Notes under the pieces: model-generated
The model's input: the letters and a program-made list of their open reading frames with translations, nothing else
What the model was told of the DNA's origin: nothing
The model's database searches: none
IMG/VR virus record: IMGVR_UViG_3300032132_000001
Span: 106,573 to 170,572 of that record
From: a virus
Direction: 5' to 3' (one strand)
Length of the DNA: 64,000 nucleotides
Shown: piece by piece, positions 24,111-33,214 of the stretch
Layout: every line of letters begins with the position of its first letter
Position numbering within the stretch: position 1 is the stretch's first letter
Position numbers and translations under genes: made by a program

Positions 24111-25511
24111 ATGGGTAAGCAGAATCTGTTGCTCCTCACCGACTCGTACAAGCTCTCACACTACAAGCAGTACCCGGCGAACACATCCAACGTGTACTCG
24201 TACTTCGAGAGCCGAGCAGGAGCTAAGTACAAGACTACCACCTTCTTCGGTCTACAGTACTATCTATACAAGTACCTCGTAGGCCGAGTGGTGACAAGAG
24301 GCGATATCGAAGTGGCTGCGAATATCGCCAAGACTCACTTCAACTCCGATGCACTTTTCTACAAGGAAGGGTGGGAGTACATTCTCAAAGAGCATGACGG
24401 CCACTTGCCGATCAGCATCAAGGCAGTGCCAGAAGGTACCAAAGTTCCCGAAAGCAACGTCATGATGACGATTGAGAACACCGACCCCAACTGTTGGTGG
24501 CTCCCAAACTATCTGGAAACGTTGCTCGTGATGTTGTGGTACCCGAGCACCGTAGCGACGACTTCAGGCCACGTGCGGGACCTCATCAAGCTTGGTCTGG
24601 AAGAGACTGGCGATATTGCCGGCCTTCCTTTCAAATTGCACGATTTCGGTTTCCGTGGCTCGACTAGCGTCGAGTCGGCTGGCATCGGCGGTTTGGCCCA
24701 CCTGGTCAACTTCATGGGCACCGATACTATCGCTGCCTTGACTACGGGCATGGAGTACTACGATAGCGGTTGCGCCGGTTTCTCGATCCCGGCCTCGGAA
24801 CACAGCACGATCACGTCCTGGGGTGAAGATGGAGAGCTGGAAGCGTTCCGCAATATGCTGAAGCAGTATCCGACCGGTCTGGTCGCCTGCGTAAGCGACA
24901 GCTTCGACATCACAGCCGCTTGCAGCGACCTGTGGGGAACCAAGCTCAAGGACGAGGTACTGGCACGGGAAGGTTGCCTGGTCGTAAGGCCGGATAGCGG
25001 CGATATCGTTCCCACGGTGTTGCACGTCTTGGATACTCTAGGTGAGAAGTTTGGCACCTACGAGAACGACAAGGGCTACCGGACGCTGAACGACAAAGTG
25101 AGGGTTATCCAGGGTGACGGTTGTACGCCCGAGACTATCTCACAGGTCGTGCGGAACATGGTGCGCGAGAAGTGGTCGGTGGACAACATCGCCTTCGGCA
25201 TGGGCGGTGGGTTGCTCCAGAGGCTGGACCGCGACACGCAGCGCTTCGCTTTTAAGTGCAGCAGCGTCGTTGTGGACGGCAAGGAGCGGGACGTGTACAA
25301 GCGGCCCGCCACAGATCCCACGAAGAACTCCAAGCGCGGCCGGCTGGCCCTGGTCCGCGAAGATGGGCAGTTGACCACGATCCGTGAAGAGGATCTCGGC
25401 AACCGTGAGGACCATCTCAAAGAGGTGTTCCGGGACGGTGAGATCTTGATCACCGAGGAATGGGGCAACATTCGCGACCGAGCGGCTGGTCTGGCACCAG
25501 TCAGCGCGTAA
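24111..25511 (+). CDS. nadV: nicotinamide phosphoribosyltransferase (NAMPT/NadV)
   Basis: LLTDSYKLSHYKQYP and overall NAMPT-like sequence. The start was taken at the Met with SD AAAAGGAGG (ORF track 24048). Confidence 0.8.
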   Translation: MGKQNLLLLTDSYKLSHYKQYPANTSNVYSYFESRAGAKYKTTTFFGLQYYLYKYLVGRVVTRGDIEVAANIAKTHFNSDALFYKEGWEYILKEHDGHLPISIKAVPEGTKVPESNVMMTIENTDPNCWWLPNYLETLLVMLWYPSTVATTSGHVRDLIKLGLEETGDIAGLPFKLHDFGFRGSTSVESAGIGGLAHLVNFMGTDTIAALTTGMEYYDSGCAGFSIPASEHSTITSWGEDGELEAFRNMLKQYPTGLVACVSDSFDITAACSDLWGTKLKDEVLAREGCLVVRPDSGDIVPTVLHVLDTLGEKFGTYENDKGYRTLNDKVRVIQGDGCTPETISQVVRNMVREKWSVDNIAFGMGGGLLQRLDRDTQRFAFKCSSVVVDGKERDVYKRPATDPTKNSKRGRLALVREDGQLTTIREEDLGNREDHLKEVFRDGEILITEEWGNIRDRAAGLAPVSA

Positions 25512-25519
25512 CCATAAGG

Positions 25520-25552
25520 GCTCATATCCGTCAAGGTCCGATCTTGACGGAT
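25520..25552. terminator. 13-bp perfect stem-loop CATATCCGTCAAG-gtccgat-CTTGACGGATATG
   Basis: Read directly, just downstream of the nadV stop. Confidence 0.45.
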
Positions 25553-25559
25553 ATGACCC

Positions 25560-26045
25560 GTGGAGGAGCCGATGCCTATCATCAGAGTAATGCGTAAGCA
25601 GTATACTATCGCAGGCCGCCGTAATTGGGATAGGGTATATTGGGCGATCGATTTGCATTCTACCCTCATCATGCCCAATTACCAGAGAATGAAAGCGGAA
25701 GATGTGGAGTACTACCCACATTCTCTGGAAGTAATGCAAGCACTATCAGAGAGGTCGGATGCCAAACTGATGATGTATACATGCTCATGGGACCGTGAGA
25801 TCCTCGAATATCAGAAGCGCTTCCGTGCTGACGGAATCCTCTTCGATTGGGAGGGTCACAACCCTGAAGTGAATCAGACGGAGTATGGGTGCTACACCAA
25901 AAAGCCGTATTTCAACATCCTGCTCGACGATAAAGCCGGCTTTGATCCGGATAACGATTGGATACGTTTATTGGAGGCGCTGGAGCAACTTCCAGTGCTA
26001 GATCCAAATGGCCCAGTCCTACCTTCTACAAATAGTACGGGTTAA
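25560..26045 (+). CDS. hypothetical protein
   Basis: 161-aa ORF. Confidence 0.4.
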   Translation: MEEPMPIIRVMRKQYTIAGRRNWDRVYWAIDLHSTLIMPNYQRMKAEDVEYYPHSLEVMQALSERSDAKLMMYTCSWDREILEYQKRFRADGILFDWEGHNPEVNQTEYGCYTKKPYFNILLDDKAGFDPDNDWIRLLEALEQLPVLDPNGPVLPSTNSTG

Positions 26046-26376
26046 CAGAGTCTTCCCGGTCAGGCGCACACCGAAGCGCGGCTGGCTACGACACAGAGGG
26101 ACTCTGAGTCCATATGCTAGGGTAGACGGAGTCTTGTTTGAATGTAAAGCAAGGCTCCGTCGCCCTTCTACCAATGGTGTGAAAGGCGATACGATCCTAT
26201 ATTCTACCAGTTTTCTTATCGTCGCTAAAGAGAACGAAGATCTTGTAGTGATCGGTAACAATCAAGCTGTCCACGAGATAGCTGTGCTAGAAGAATCAAG
26301 AGTGGACAGAACCGAGCTGGTGATTCACCCTAAGAATCTAATCAACGTGAAAAAGAAGCTGATAGCAGCGCTATAA
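26008..26376 (+). CDS. hypothetical protein (start uncertain)
   Basis: 122-aa ORF overlapping the upstream gene. Confidence 0.25.
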   Translation: MAQSYLLQIVRVNRVFPVRRTPKRGWLRHRGTLSPYARVDGVLFECKARLRRPSTNGVKGDTILYSTSFLIVAKENEDLVVIGNNQAVHEIAVLEESRVDRTELVIHPKNLINVKKKLIAAL

Positions 26377-26411
26377 GCGTATTTGACCCAAGCAAATATC
26401 TTCCTGCCGAT

Positions 26412-26489
26412 GGGGGCGTAACTCAGTCCGGTTAGAGTGCCACTCTGATAAAGTGGAAGTCGGCGGTTCAAATCCGCCCGCCCCCACCA
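26412..26489 (+). tRNA. tRNA-Ile(GAT)
   Basis: Acceptor GGGGGCG/CGCCCCC, anticodon loop CTGATAA, CCA encoded. Confidence 0.8.
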
Positions 26490-26493
26490 GTTC

Positions 26494-26565
26494 GCCACTG
26501 TAGCTCAACTGGAAGAGCCCTTCTTGGTAGGAAGGAAGATGCAGGTTCGATCCCTGTCAGTGGCT
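26494..26565 (+). tRNA. tRNA-Thr(GGT), no encoded CCA
   Basis: Acceptor GCCACTG/CAGTGGC, anticodon stem CCTTC/GAAGG, loop TTGGTAG. Confidence 0.7.
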
Positions 26566-26578
26566 TTAGGAGACACCC

Positions 26579-27718
26579 GTGTTCAACGGACGGTTACTAT
26601 TAGGTCCTGGTCCTAGTCTCGTCAGTGAAAAGGTCCTCTGGGCGATGTCCCGCCCAACGATTGGACACCTAGACCCCGAATTCATCAAGATAATGCGAGG
26701 GGTGCAGGACAAACTCCGCCAGGTCTTCCAAACCAGCAACGAGCTGACCTACCCTGTCTCTGGCACCGGCACAGCCGGCATGGAGACCTGCCTCACCAAC
26801 CTGATCGAACCAGAAGATAGGGTTGCCGTGTTGATCAACGGTGTCTTCGGTCAGAGAATGGCCAATCTGGTTCGTCGCCTAAGCGCCGGGACTTGCTACG
26901 AGATCAACTTCCCGTGGGGGTCCCCAATCGAACCTAGCACAGTCAAGGATATCCTTGACTCTGAAGGATCATTCGACGTAATTTGTGCGGTCCACATTGA
27001 TACCTCCACTGGTGTTCAGTCGGATATATGCTCTCTCGGTGAGATAATCCGAAGCGACAATGAAGATACTGTCTTCATAGTGGACGCGGTGACTTCCTTG
27101 GGTGGTTCGGAGCTTTACGTGGACGCCTGGCAGATCGACGCATGTTTCTCTGGTTCTCAGAAGTGTCTCTCTTGCCCTCCGGGCTTAGCTCCCGTCACGT
27201 TCGGCCCGAGAGCCCTCAAAAAGCGGAAAGCACGGAAGACGGCCCTTCCGAGCTTTTACTTTGACATCTTAGAGCTTGAGAAGTATTGGGGCGATGATCG
27301 GGCTTATCACCATACAGCCCCTGTAAACATGATTTACGCTCTAGACGCGGCACTCGATGACGTGCTAAGAGAAGGTCTAGAAAATAGGTGGGAGAGGCAC
27401 AGGAGGGTGTCGGTCAATCTGGTGCATCAGCTTGAGAAGATGGGTATAGAATTACTACCAACTTTCAATACTGCGTCGCGCCCTCTTACCGCAGTGAAGA
27501 TCCCCGAAGGAGTATCTGACTCTTTCGTGCGAGATGAACTTCTGTCCGGGTACAACATCGAGATTGGTGGTGGGCTTGGAGAGTTGAAAGGAAAAGTTTG
27601 GCGAATCGGCCTTATGGGCGAATCAGCTAGAAACGTACATGTACGGACGCTTGTGGAAGCACTAGAAGACGTCCTACGGAGAGAAAAATGGAAAGCGAGT
27701 TCCCAACCAAAGGCGTAG
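26579..27718 (+). CDS. class V aminotransferase (PLP-dependent, AGXT/PhnW-like)
   Basis: 379 aa, GTG start. SGSQKCLSCPPG contains the PLP lysine context. Global class V fold pattern. Confidence 0.6.
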   Translation: MFNGRLLLGPGPSLVSEKVLWAMSRPTIGHLDPEFIKIMRGVQDKLRQVFQTSNELTYPVSGTGTAGMETCLTNLIEPEDRVAVLINGVFGQRMANLVRRLSAGTCYEINFPWGSPIEPSTVKDILDSEGSFDVICAVHIDTSTGVQSDICSLGEIIRSDNEDTVFIVDAVTSLGGSELYVDAWQIDACFSGSQKCLSCPPGLAPVTFGPRALKKRKARKTALPSFYFDILELEKYWGDDRAYHHTAPVNMIYALDAALDDVLREGLENRWERHRRVSVNLVHQLEKMGIELLPTFNTASRPLTAVKIPEGVSDSFVRDELLSGYNIEIGGGLGELKGKVWRIGLMGESARNVHVRTLVEALEDVLRREKWKASSQPKA

Positions 27719-28107
27719 CAATCGGCTGCGGTATTCTTTTTACCCTTATCGTCGCCACGATGGTCGTCTGGCCACAGTATCGGGTATGGAGCAAGGAGCT
27801 GGAAGGTAAAGCGAAGCTCAAAGAGGCCGAGTGGAGCCGCCAGATCGAGATTCAAGAAGCCAAAGCCAAGATGGAAGCCGCAAAGAGCCTCGCGCAGGCC
27901 GAGATCGAGCGCGCCAAGGGTGTAGCCGAAGCCAACAAGATCATCGGAGATTCCCTCAAAGGGAACGAGTCTTACCTCCGATATCTCTGGATTCAGGGCC
28001 TCCACGACGGAAATAGTGAGGTCATCTATGTTCCGACCGAGACCAACCTACCAATCCTTGAAGCTACTCGCAAGCTTCAGAAACCAATAGAAAAGGCCAA
28101 GAAGTGA
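27688..28107 (+). CDS. membrane-anchored SPFH/prohibitin-like protein
   Basis: N-terminal TM helix. C-terminal Ala/Glu/Lys-rich region resembles the HflC/prohibitin C-terminus. Confidence 0.4.
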   Translation: MESEFPTKGVAIGCGILFTLIVATMVVWPQYRVWSKELEGKAKLKEAEWSRQIEIQEAKAKMEAAKSLAQAEIERAKGVAEANKIIGDSLKGNESYLRYLWIQGLHDGNSEVIYVPTETNLPILEATRKLQKPIEKAKK

Positions 28108-28283
28108 TGTTCTTAGACAAGCTCCTCGAATTCGGAGCAATGTTTATATGTTTCATGTTCAAGCTAGCAATGAGGCTAGTATTGTCGCCATTTGTTCTTT
28201 TTGAATGGCTAACCAAACCAAAGAAAAACAATGACCCTTGGCCAAATGTTCCAAGGCCAGGTGAGAGAGGCGGAATAAGATGA
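28107..28283 (+). CDS. small membrane protein (58 aa)
   Basis: Read by hand. The ATG overlaps the upstream TGA. Hydrophobic. Confidence 0.25.
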   Translation: MFLDKLLEFGAMFICFMFKLAMRLVLSPFVLFEWLTKPKKNNDPWPNVPRPGERGGIR

Positions 28284-28855
28284 AAATCCTACTAGATATG
28301 GATGGGGTATTGTGCAACTGGGTAAAGCCGGTTTGTGAGCTTCTCGATGTACCCTATCAAGAAACCTTGGATAACTGGAAGGTTGGTACTCACAATCTAG
28401 CCGGCAATCTTGAAATGGACAGAGCCAAGGTTTGGGAGGTCATCGATAGCGCAGGAGAAGATTTCTGGGCCAACCTGGAATTGTTCCCTTGGACTGAAGA
28501 CATGTGGGAGCACTGCGAGTCTCTCGCAGACACCTACATCCTCACCTGCCCTTCGCTCCACCCCCAGAGCTTGTCTGGTAAGCTGAGGTGGATGCAGAAG
28601 CACCGCAACCGCTTCTTCCGGAAGTACCTCGTCGGCCCTCCCAAGTTCTTGTGCGCCGCCGAAGACACGTTGCTGATCGATGACAAAGACGAGAACATCG
28701 AGAAATTCATCGAGAGAGGCGGCAATGGTATCCTGTTCCCACAGCCCTGGAACAGGAACCATGAACTAGCGACGGAGCCAGCGGTTCGACTCAAATATGT
28801 GAAAGATCAGCTCGCTGAGATCGTAGAAACTCACCGGACTGAATATATTCACTAG
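28280..28855 (+). CDS. HAD-family 5'(3')-deoxyribonucleotidase-like phosphatase
   Basis: Motif I LLDMDGVL. Later IDD motif. Confidence 0.55.
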   Translation: MKILLDMDGVLCNWVKPVCELLDVPYQETLDNWKVGTHNLAGNLEMDRAKVWEVIDSAGEDFWANLELFPWTEDMWEHCESLADTYILTCPSLHPQSLSGKLRWMQKHRNRFFRKYLVGPPKFLCAAEDTLLIDDKDENIEKFIERGGNGILFPQPWNRNHELATEPAVRLKYVKDQLAEIVETHRTEYIH

Positions 28856-28859
28856 TAAA

Positions 28860-28937
28860 GCCGGCGTAGCTCAGTCTGGTCAGAGCGGCTGATTTGTAAT
28901 CAGCGGGTCGGGGGTTCGAATCCCTCCGCCGGCTCCA
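28860..28937 (+). tRNA. tRNA-Thr(TGT)
   Basis: Acceptor GCCGGCG/CGCCGGC, anticodon loop TTTGTAA, CCA encoded. Confidence 0.75.
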
Positions 28938-28939
28938 CG

Positions 28940-29263
28940 ATGACTAGTTGGAATAAACTAAGAAAACGTGCTCACCTAGCTGCAATCTGGGACGGATCTT
29001 CCATACCCAAAGTCACTATGCTCGCAAAAGTCGCGATCAGTGAAGCAAAATACAGAAATTTCAAACCGGTAATAGACGAAGAAACTCTGGCTGATCCAGA
29101 ATTTATACCGGATGGCATCCTCCTGGACCTCTTCGCCAACGAAGAAGAGGAATATCTACTTGATTTAGAAACCGATATAGTATACATAATGGCGCGCGGT
29201 TGCGCTCAAAGCCAAGCCAAAAACGCGGAAGATATCAAGGCGATCATTGGCGCCTGTATATAA
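28940..29263 (+). CDS. hypothetical protein
   Basis: 107-aa ORF starting right after the tRNA. Confidence 0.4.
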   Translation: MTSWNKLRKRAHLAAIWDGSSIPKVTMLAKVAISEAKYRNFKPVIDEETLADPEFIPDGILLDLFANEEEEYLLDLETDIVYIMARGCAQSQAKNAEDIKAIIGACI

Positions 29264-29290
29264 CCATACAAGCCTACCAGGAGGGCAAGT

Positions 29291-29770
29291 ATGCGAGTAA
29301 TCGAAGGGGTGAGAGTCCGTGATTTGAAGGTGATCACGGACGAACGTGGGCGTCTCATGGAGATGCTACGTTCTGACTCTGATATCTTCATCAAGTTCGG
29401 ACAGATGTACATGACCACTGCTTATCCCGGCGTGGTCAAAGCATGGCACTATCATAAAAAGCAGACTGATTACTTCGTCTGCGTAAAGGGTATGATGAAA
29501 GTCGTCCTTTATGATGATCGCCACGAGAGCCCTACCTTTGGAGAACTAAACGAGTTCTTCATCGGTGAACATAGCCCCCGAGTCATCGTCATTCCGCCTC
29601 TTGTTTACCACGGTTTCAAGTGCATCTCAGACACAGAAGCTATGGTGATCAATTGCCCCACTGAAGTGTACAACTACGATCAGCCTGACGAATATCGAAT
29701 CTCACCGCATCGCGGAGTAACAGAGTCAGGCGATCTGATTCCATACGATTGGAAGAGATCAGATGGGTAA
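29291..29770 (+). CDS. cupin-fold dTDP-sugar epimerase/isomerase (RmlC/FdtA-like)
   Basis: 159 aa with an RmlC-like cupin pattern. Adjacent to the sugar nucleotidylyltransferase. Confidence 0.5.
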   Translation: MRVIEGVRVRDLKVITDERGRLMEMLRSDSDIFIKFGQMYMTTAYPGVVKAWHYHKKQTDYFVCVKGMMKVVLYDDRHESPTFGELNEFFIGEHSPRVIVIPPLVYHGFKCISDTEAMVINCPTEVYNYDQPDEYRISPHRGVTESGDLIPYDWKRSDG

Positions 29771-30119
29771 CATTCAAGTTTGGTTTATCCCGGCGATGAT
29801 GGCCATTATGGTAGTCATCCTATTGGCCCGCCGCGAGATGAGGAAGCGTGCTTGTGCCCGGGGCGACCACCAGATCATGAGGAAGCATTGGTGCGGATAC
29901 TCCCTAGATGCGCCACAAGGGCACAGCGGATTTCGAGCTGTGGCCTACAGCCTGCACACGAGCTGGTTACAGTGCCGCTGTGGGTATCTCCCAGAAAGTG
30001 AAAAACGAGAAGTCCACGATTGTGATTCTATTCAGAGTTTGGAGATGCCAGACTACGATTGGCGTCGACTACGATCTGATCGTATACTGACCCAATCAAC
30101 ATGGTGGCGAAAAGCATGA
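29763..30119 (+). CDS. hypothetical membrane protein
   Basis: N-terminal TM helix. 118 aa. Confidence 0.35.
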   Translation: MGNIQVWFIPAMMAIMVVILLARREMRKRACARGDHQIMRKHWCGYSLDAPQGHSGFRAVAYSLHTSWLQCRCGYLPESEKREVHDCDSIQSLEMPDYDWRRLRSDRILTQSTWWRKA

Positions 30120-30874
30120 AGGGTATAATCCTAGCTGGAGGGTTGGGCACTCGCCTTTATCCTCTCACCAAGATCACCAACAAGCACCTCTTGCCGGTCT
30201 GGAATAGGCCGATGATCCACTACCCTCTCCAGATGTTGAGGGAGGAGGGGATCGATGAGATCTGTCTCGTCGTCGGAGGTACCTTCGCTGGCCAGTTCAT
30301 CCAACTCTTGGGTAACGGCGAATGCTTCAACCTGAAGCACCTTCACTACGTCTACCAGGAAGGGGAAGGCGGGATCGCTGAAGCTCTCCGCCTTACTCGA
30401 TCATTCGTAGAAGGGGAAGACGTCATCGTAGCTCTCGGTGATAACATCTTCGATTACCCGATTGATGATTTCATCAACGATTTCCATTCCCAGGAAGGTC
30501 CGAAGAAAGCACAGATCTACCTGGCAGAAGTAGACGATCCATGTCGCTTTGGTAATCCTGAAATCAGCGAAGATGATAAGATCGTCCGCATCATAGAAAA
30601 GCCAGATAAGCCTGTATCCAAGTACGCTGTAACCGGGCTGTACTGCTACGATTCTTCCGTTTTTGATGTGATCGACACTCTCGTGCCATCTGCACGAGGA
30701 GAGCTTGAAATCACGGATGTCAACAACGCCTATCTGAAAATGGGCGCTCTGGAACACACCTATGCAGATGGCTGGTGGACCGACGCCGGCACTTTTGAGT
30801 CTCTGCGTCTAGCTAGCGACCTAGTTTACAAGAAAGAGCGCCGCGAGTTTCGCGAGTTCGACAAGATGCTTTAG
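30116..30874 (+). CDS. sugar-1-phosphate nucleotidylyltransferase (RmlA/RfbF-like)
   Basis: MKGIILAGGLGTRLYPLT signature. The start is the internal Met of ORF 30101..30874. Confidence 0.7.
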   Translation: MKGIILAGGLGTRLYPLTKITNKHLLPVWNRPMIHYPLQMLREEGIDEICLVVGGTFAGQFIQLLGNGECFNLKHLHYVYQEGEGGIAEALRLTRSFVEGEDVIVALGDNIFDYPIDDFINDFHSQEGPKKAQIYLAEVDDPCRFGNPEISEDDKIVRIIEKPDKPVSKYAVTGLYCYDSSVFDVIDTLVPSARGELEITDVNNAYLKMGALEHTYADGWWTDAGTFESLRLASDLVYKKERREFREFDKML

Positions 30875-31128
30875 GGTAACTGGCATCTCACCACGAAGCG
30901 TGGCGGATTCCGTTGGTATTCCCAGTCTTCTGGGTTATATCCGTCAATGATAAATGGTCGGGTCCCCCCAAGCTTTTCCATTATTCCTCGTAAACTATTA
31001 AACTCAAAAGTCTGTACAGGACCGCCATATGGCTCGCTGCTACAAGCGATACCCATGTTTTCGATCTTGTCACGAGTCAATAATTCTGGCATTCGATGAT
31101 CTCCAAAAAATTCCTGCGTTAGATACAT
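30871..31128 (-). CDS. hypothetical protein
   Basis: ORF 30871..31254 trimmed to Met43. Its start overlaps the divergent plus gene in a CATG palindrome. Confidence 0.3.
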   Translation of the reverse strand: MYLTQEFFGDHRMPELLTRDKIENMGIACSSEPYGGPVQTFEFNSLRGIMEKLGGTRPFIIDGYNPEDWEYQRNPPRFVVRCQLP

Positions 31129-31531
31129 GAGTAGAGAAAAACCAACCCTCCCAGAAATAGTACATTTCTGGATTAGAGAATATATTGAAACGGTAGATGA
31201 TGTCTTTATTTCCTTCCCGGTTTTCATGGACGATGATTGGTATAGATCATTCAATGTGATCCACTTAGCACATAAGAAGTTCCGAACTAGAATGCACTTT
31301 GATATTCAGCTGAAGTATGTTGGGCTCTTTTGGGCTGTGGAGACTTACAGCAAGAAAGATATGACCAAGACGGAACTGAAAAGAGGGAAACCAGTCTTCC
31401 CTTATGATCCGGAGTTCTTTGACGATATAGGTACATATATTCAAGAGTGGATAACGGAGAATCTGGAGAAGGAAGATGAAGAAGAAATGCAGCAAATGCA
31501 AGGACCCGAAGGACCCGAGCGAATTCTATAA
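31127..31531 (+). CDS. hypothetical protein
   Basis: 134-aa ORF. Confidence 0.4.
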   Translation: MSREKPTLPEIVHFWIREYIETVDDVFISFPVFMDDDWYRSFNVIHLAHKKFRTRMHFDIQLKYVGLFWAVETYSKKDMTKTELKRGKPVFPYDPEFFDDIGTYIQEWITENLEKEDEEEMQQMQGPEGPERIL

Positions 31532-32099
31532 AGATAGTCGCAATAAAGATGGCCTACAGTCCGCTTGCATAGTATGCCACAAAGAAGTCTTGGCAGACTG
31601 GCGCTCCCGAAACAAGGATAAGGTCAAGAAGTATAATAAAGATAAGCGGCAGAGGAAGAAAGAAGGCATCGTGAAGAAACATCGATTCCAAAAGATTGCC
31701 ACGCTTTATTCCGAGATGGCAAAGGAAAGTGGTGTTCGCAACGAGCTGACCAAAGAACAGCTCGATACCGTCGCAGCGCATTGGCATAGCCGGTGCGTGT
31801 ACTGCGGAGAGATCTCTGAGACCTTCGACCATCTTTCTCCAATCACAGGTACCGGCCCAAACATCCTCTACAACGTAGTGCCAGCCTGCGAAGGGTGTGC
31901 CCTCAAGAAGAACGAGACAGACCTATTCTTCTGGGCGTTCATCGCGGGCAAGAAGATAGGCCCTATCTTGACCTGGGCAGCTCGCGACACCGAACTCATC
32001 AAAGAGTTGAACCGAATAAGGGAGAGGTCTTGCGCTCACTCTTTCCAATCAGAGATGAGAATAGCACTGAAGGCGGCGATCAGTAACCCTCAAAAATAA
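31476..32099 (+). CDS. HNH endonuclease-like protein with N-terminal zinc ribbon
   Basis: CSKCK...CIVCH. HNH core FDHLSPITGTGPNILYNVVPACEGCALKKNE. Confidence 0.5.
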   Translation: MKKKCSKCKDPKDPSEFYKDSRNKDGLQSACIVCHKEVLADWRSRNKDKVKKYNKDKRQRKKEGIVKKHRFQKIATLYSEMAKESGVRNELTKEQLDTVAAHWHSRCVYCGEISETFDHLSPITGTGPNILYNVVPACEGCALKKNETDLFFWAFIAGKKIGPILTWAARDTELIKELNRIRERSCAHSFQSEMRIALKAAISNPQK

Positions 32100-32102
32100 T
32101 CT

Positions 32103-32357
32103 ATGGACACTTCCGGTCTCATAGAAATCGCCCACATCCAAAATCTGACGCGCCAACCGGTCCAGATTATCGTAGACGAACCGGAAGAAGACACGGCTCC
32201 CATCCTGTTTGCAGGGAGCGGCTTAGTCTACCTCGCTCCAGGTGAGACGATCGAGGTGAGAGAGGAGCGGGTGAATCGCGGCCAACTGGAGTACCTGTTC
32301 CAGGAGCGGTTCATCTTCTTACGTTATATGCAGCGGGATATCGACGCCGTTACGTAA
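32103..32357 (+). CDS. hypothetical protein
   Basis: 84-aa ORF. Confidence 0.35.
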   Translation: MDTSGLIEIAHIQNLTRQPVQIIVDEPEEDTAPILFAGSGLVYLAPGETIEVREERVNRGQLEYLFQERFIFLRYMQRDIDAVT

Positions 32358-32724
32358 GTTCTTTGAGAAACGGTCGTCTCACCCCATCCGGCCCAAAGTT
32401 GGCAATTTGCCATCTTAGGGACGCAAACCGGACATTGATCCAGTAGCCGTCTGGGAATTCTGCTGCTTTGCCGTTCCTGTAATACGAAGGCGGGAGAGAC
32501 CAACTCTCTTCAGTAAGACTGACTTCCCAATCGGCCTTCTTGAAACCTCGCGCTCGTGCTTCTTGTCTGATTCGTTTCCAAACGGCTTCCCGAGCGGTCC
32601 ACCATCCGCATTCGACCCCGTACCGATGCTGAGATTCAGCTATTATTACTTCTACTAGATCTATAGTTTCTAGCTGTAGCTGATCTATAGAAACCGGAGT
32701 TAGTCCAAACAGCCATCTAAGCAT
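32350..32724 (-). CDS. hypothetical protein
   Basis: 124-aa ORF. Confidence 0.35.
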   Translation of the reverse strand: MLRWLFGLTPVSIDQLQLETIDLVEVIIAESQHRYGVECGWWTAREAVWKRIRQEARARGFKKADWEVSLTEESWSLPPSYYRNGKAAEFPDGYWINVRFASLRWQIANFGPDGVRRPFLKELT

Positions 32725-33214
32725 CTCTCAATATCCTTCGCACGTCGGTTAGGACCTCTCCCAACCAGTTCTTGCCGAGCCAGTCGATCCGGCGCTGGGC
32801 TGCAGGGTCACTCTCTCGCAGGCCAATGCCCCAGATCTTGTCATAGGGCGAAGCTTCTACTAGGGTAGTGCCTTCGGTATTTTCTAGTCTGTGTAGTAGA
32901 TGGGCGTTCTGAGTGAACTTAGCCACGTTTCCACGATGGACTATGTTCCAACAGCGTGGGCGGCCGTTTTCTTCGTCTTCAGTCCACGTGTCGAAGTCGA
33001 AATTCTGGACCTGACGCCCAAGCTTTTTCTGCACCTTGGGGCTGTCGCTCTCCATGATCATTCGGAGAGTCTCTTCGTCCTTGAAGAGACGTGCTTTCTC
33101 CGCCATCATGTACTGTTCTGCACAGTTATATTCTATGGTATCAATTGTGAAGTAGCTATAATACCATTGAGAGAAGGGGCCGTTCCAGAAGAACGTGAAC
33201 TGTTCGTCATGCAT
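32717..33214 (-). CDS. NADAR-domain protein (YbiA-like, DUF1768)
   Basis: FTFFWNGPFSQW...EQYMMAEKARLF...DWLGKNWLGEVL matches NADAR signatures. The start is the internal Met of ORF 32717..33406. Confidence 0.6.
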   Translation of the reverse strand: MHDEQFTFFWNGPFSQWYYSYFTIDTIEYNCAEQYMMAEKARLFKDEETLRMIMESDSPKVQKKLGRQVQNFDFDTWTEDEENGRPRCWNIVHRGNVAKFTQNAHLLHRLENTEGTTLVEASPYDKIWGIGLRESDPAAQRRIDWLGKNWLGEVLTDVRRILRDA

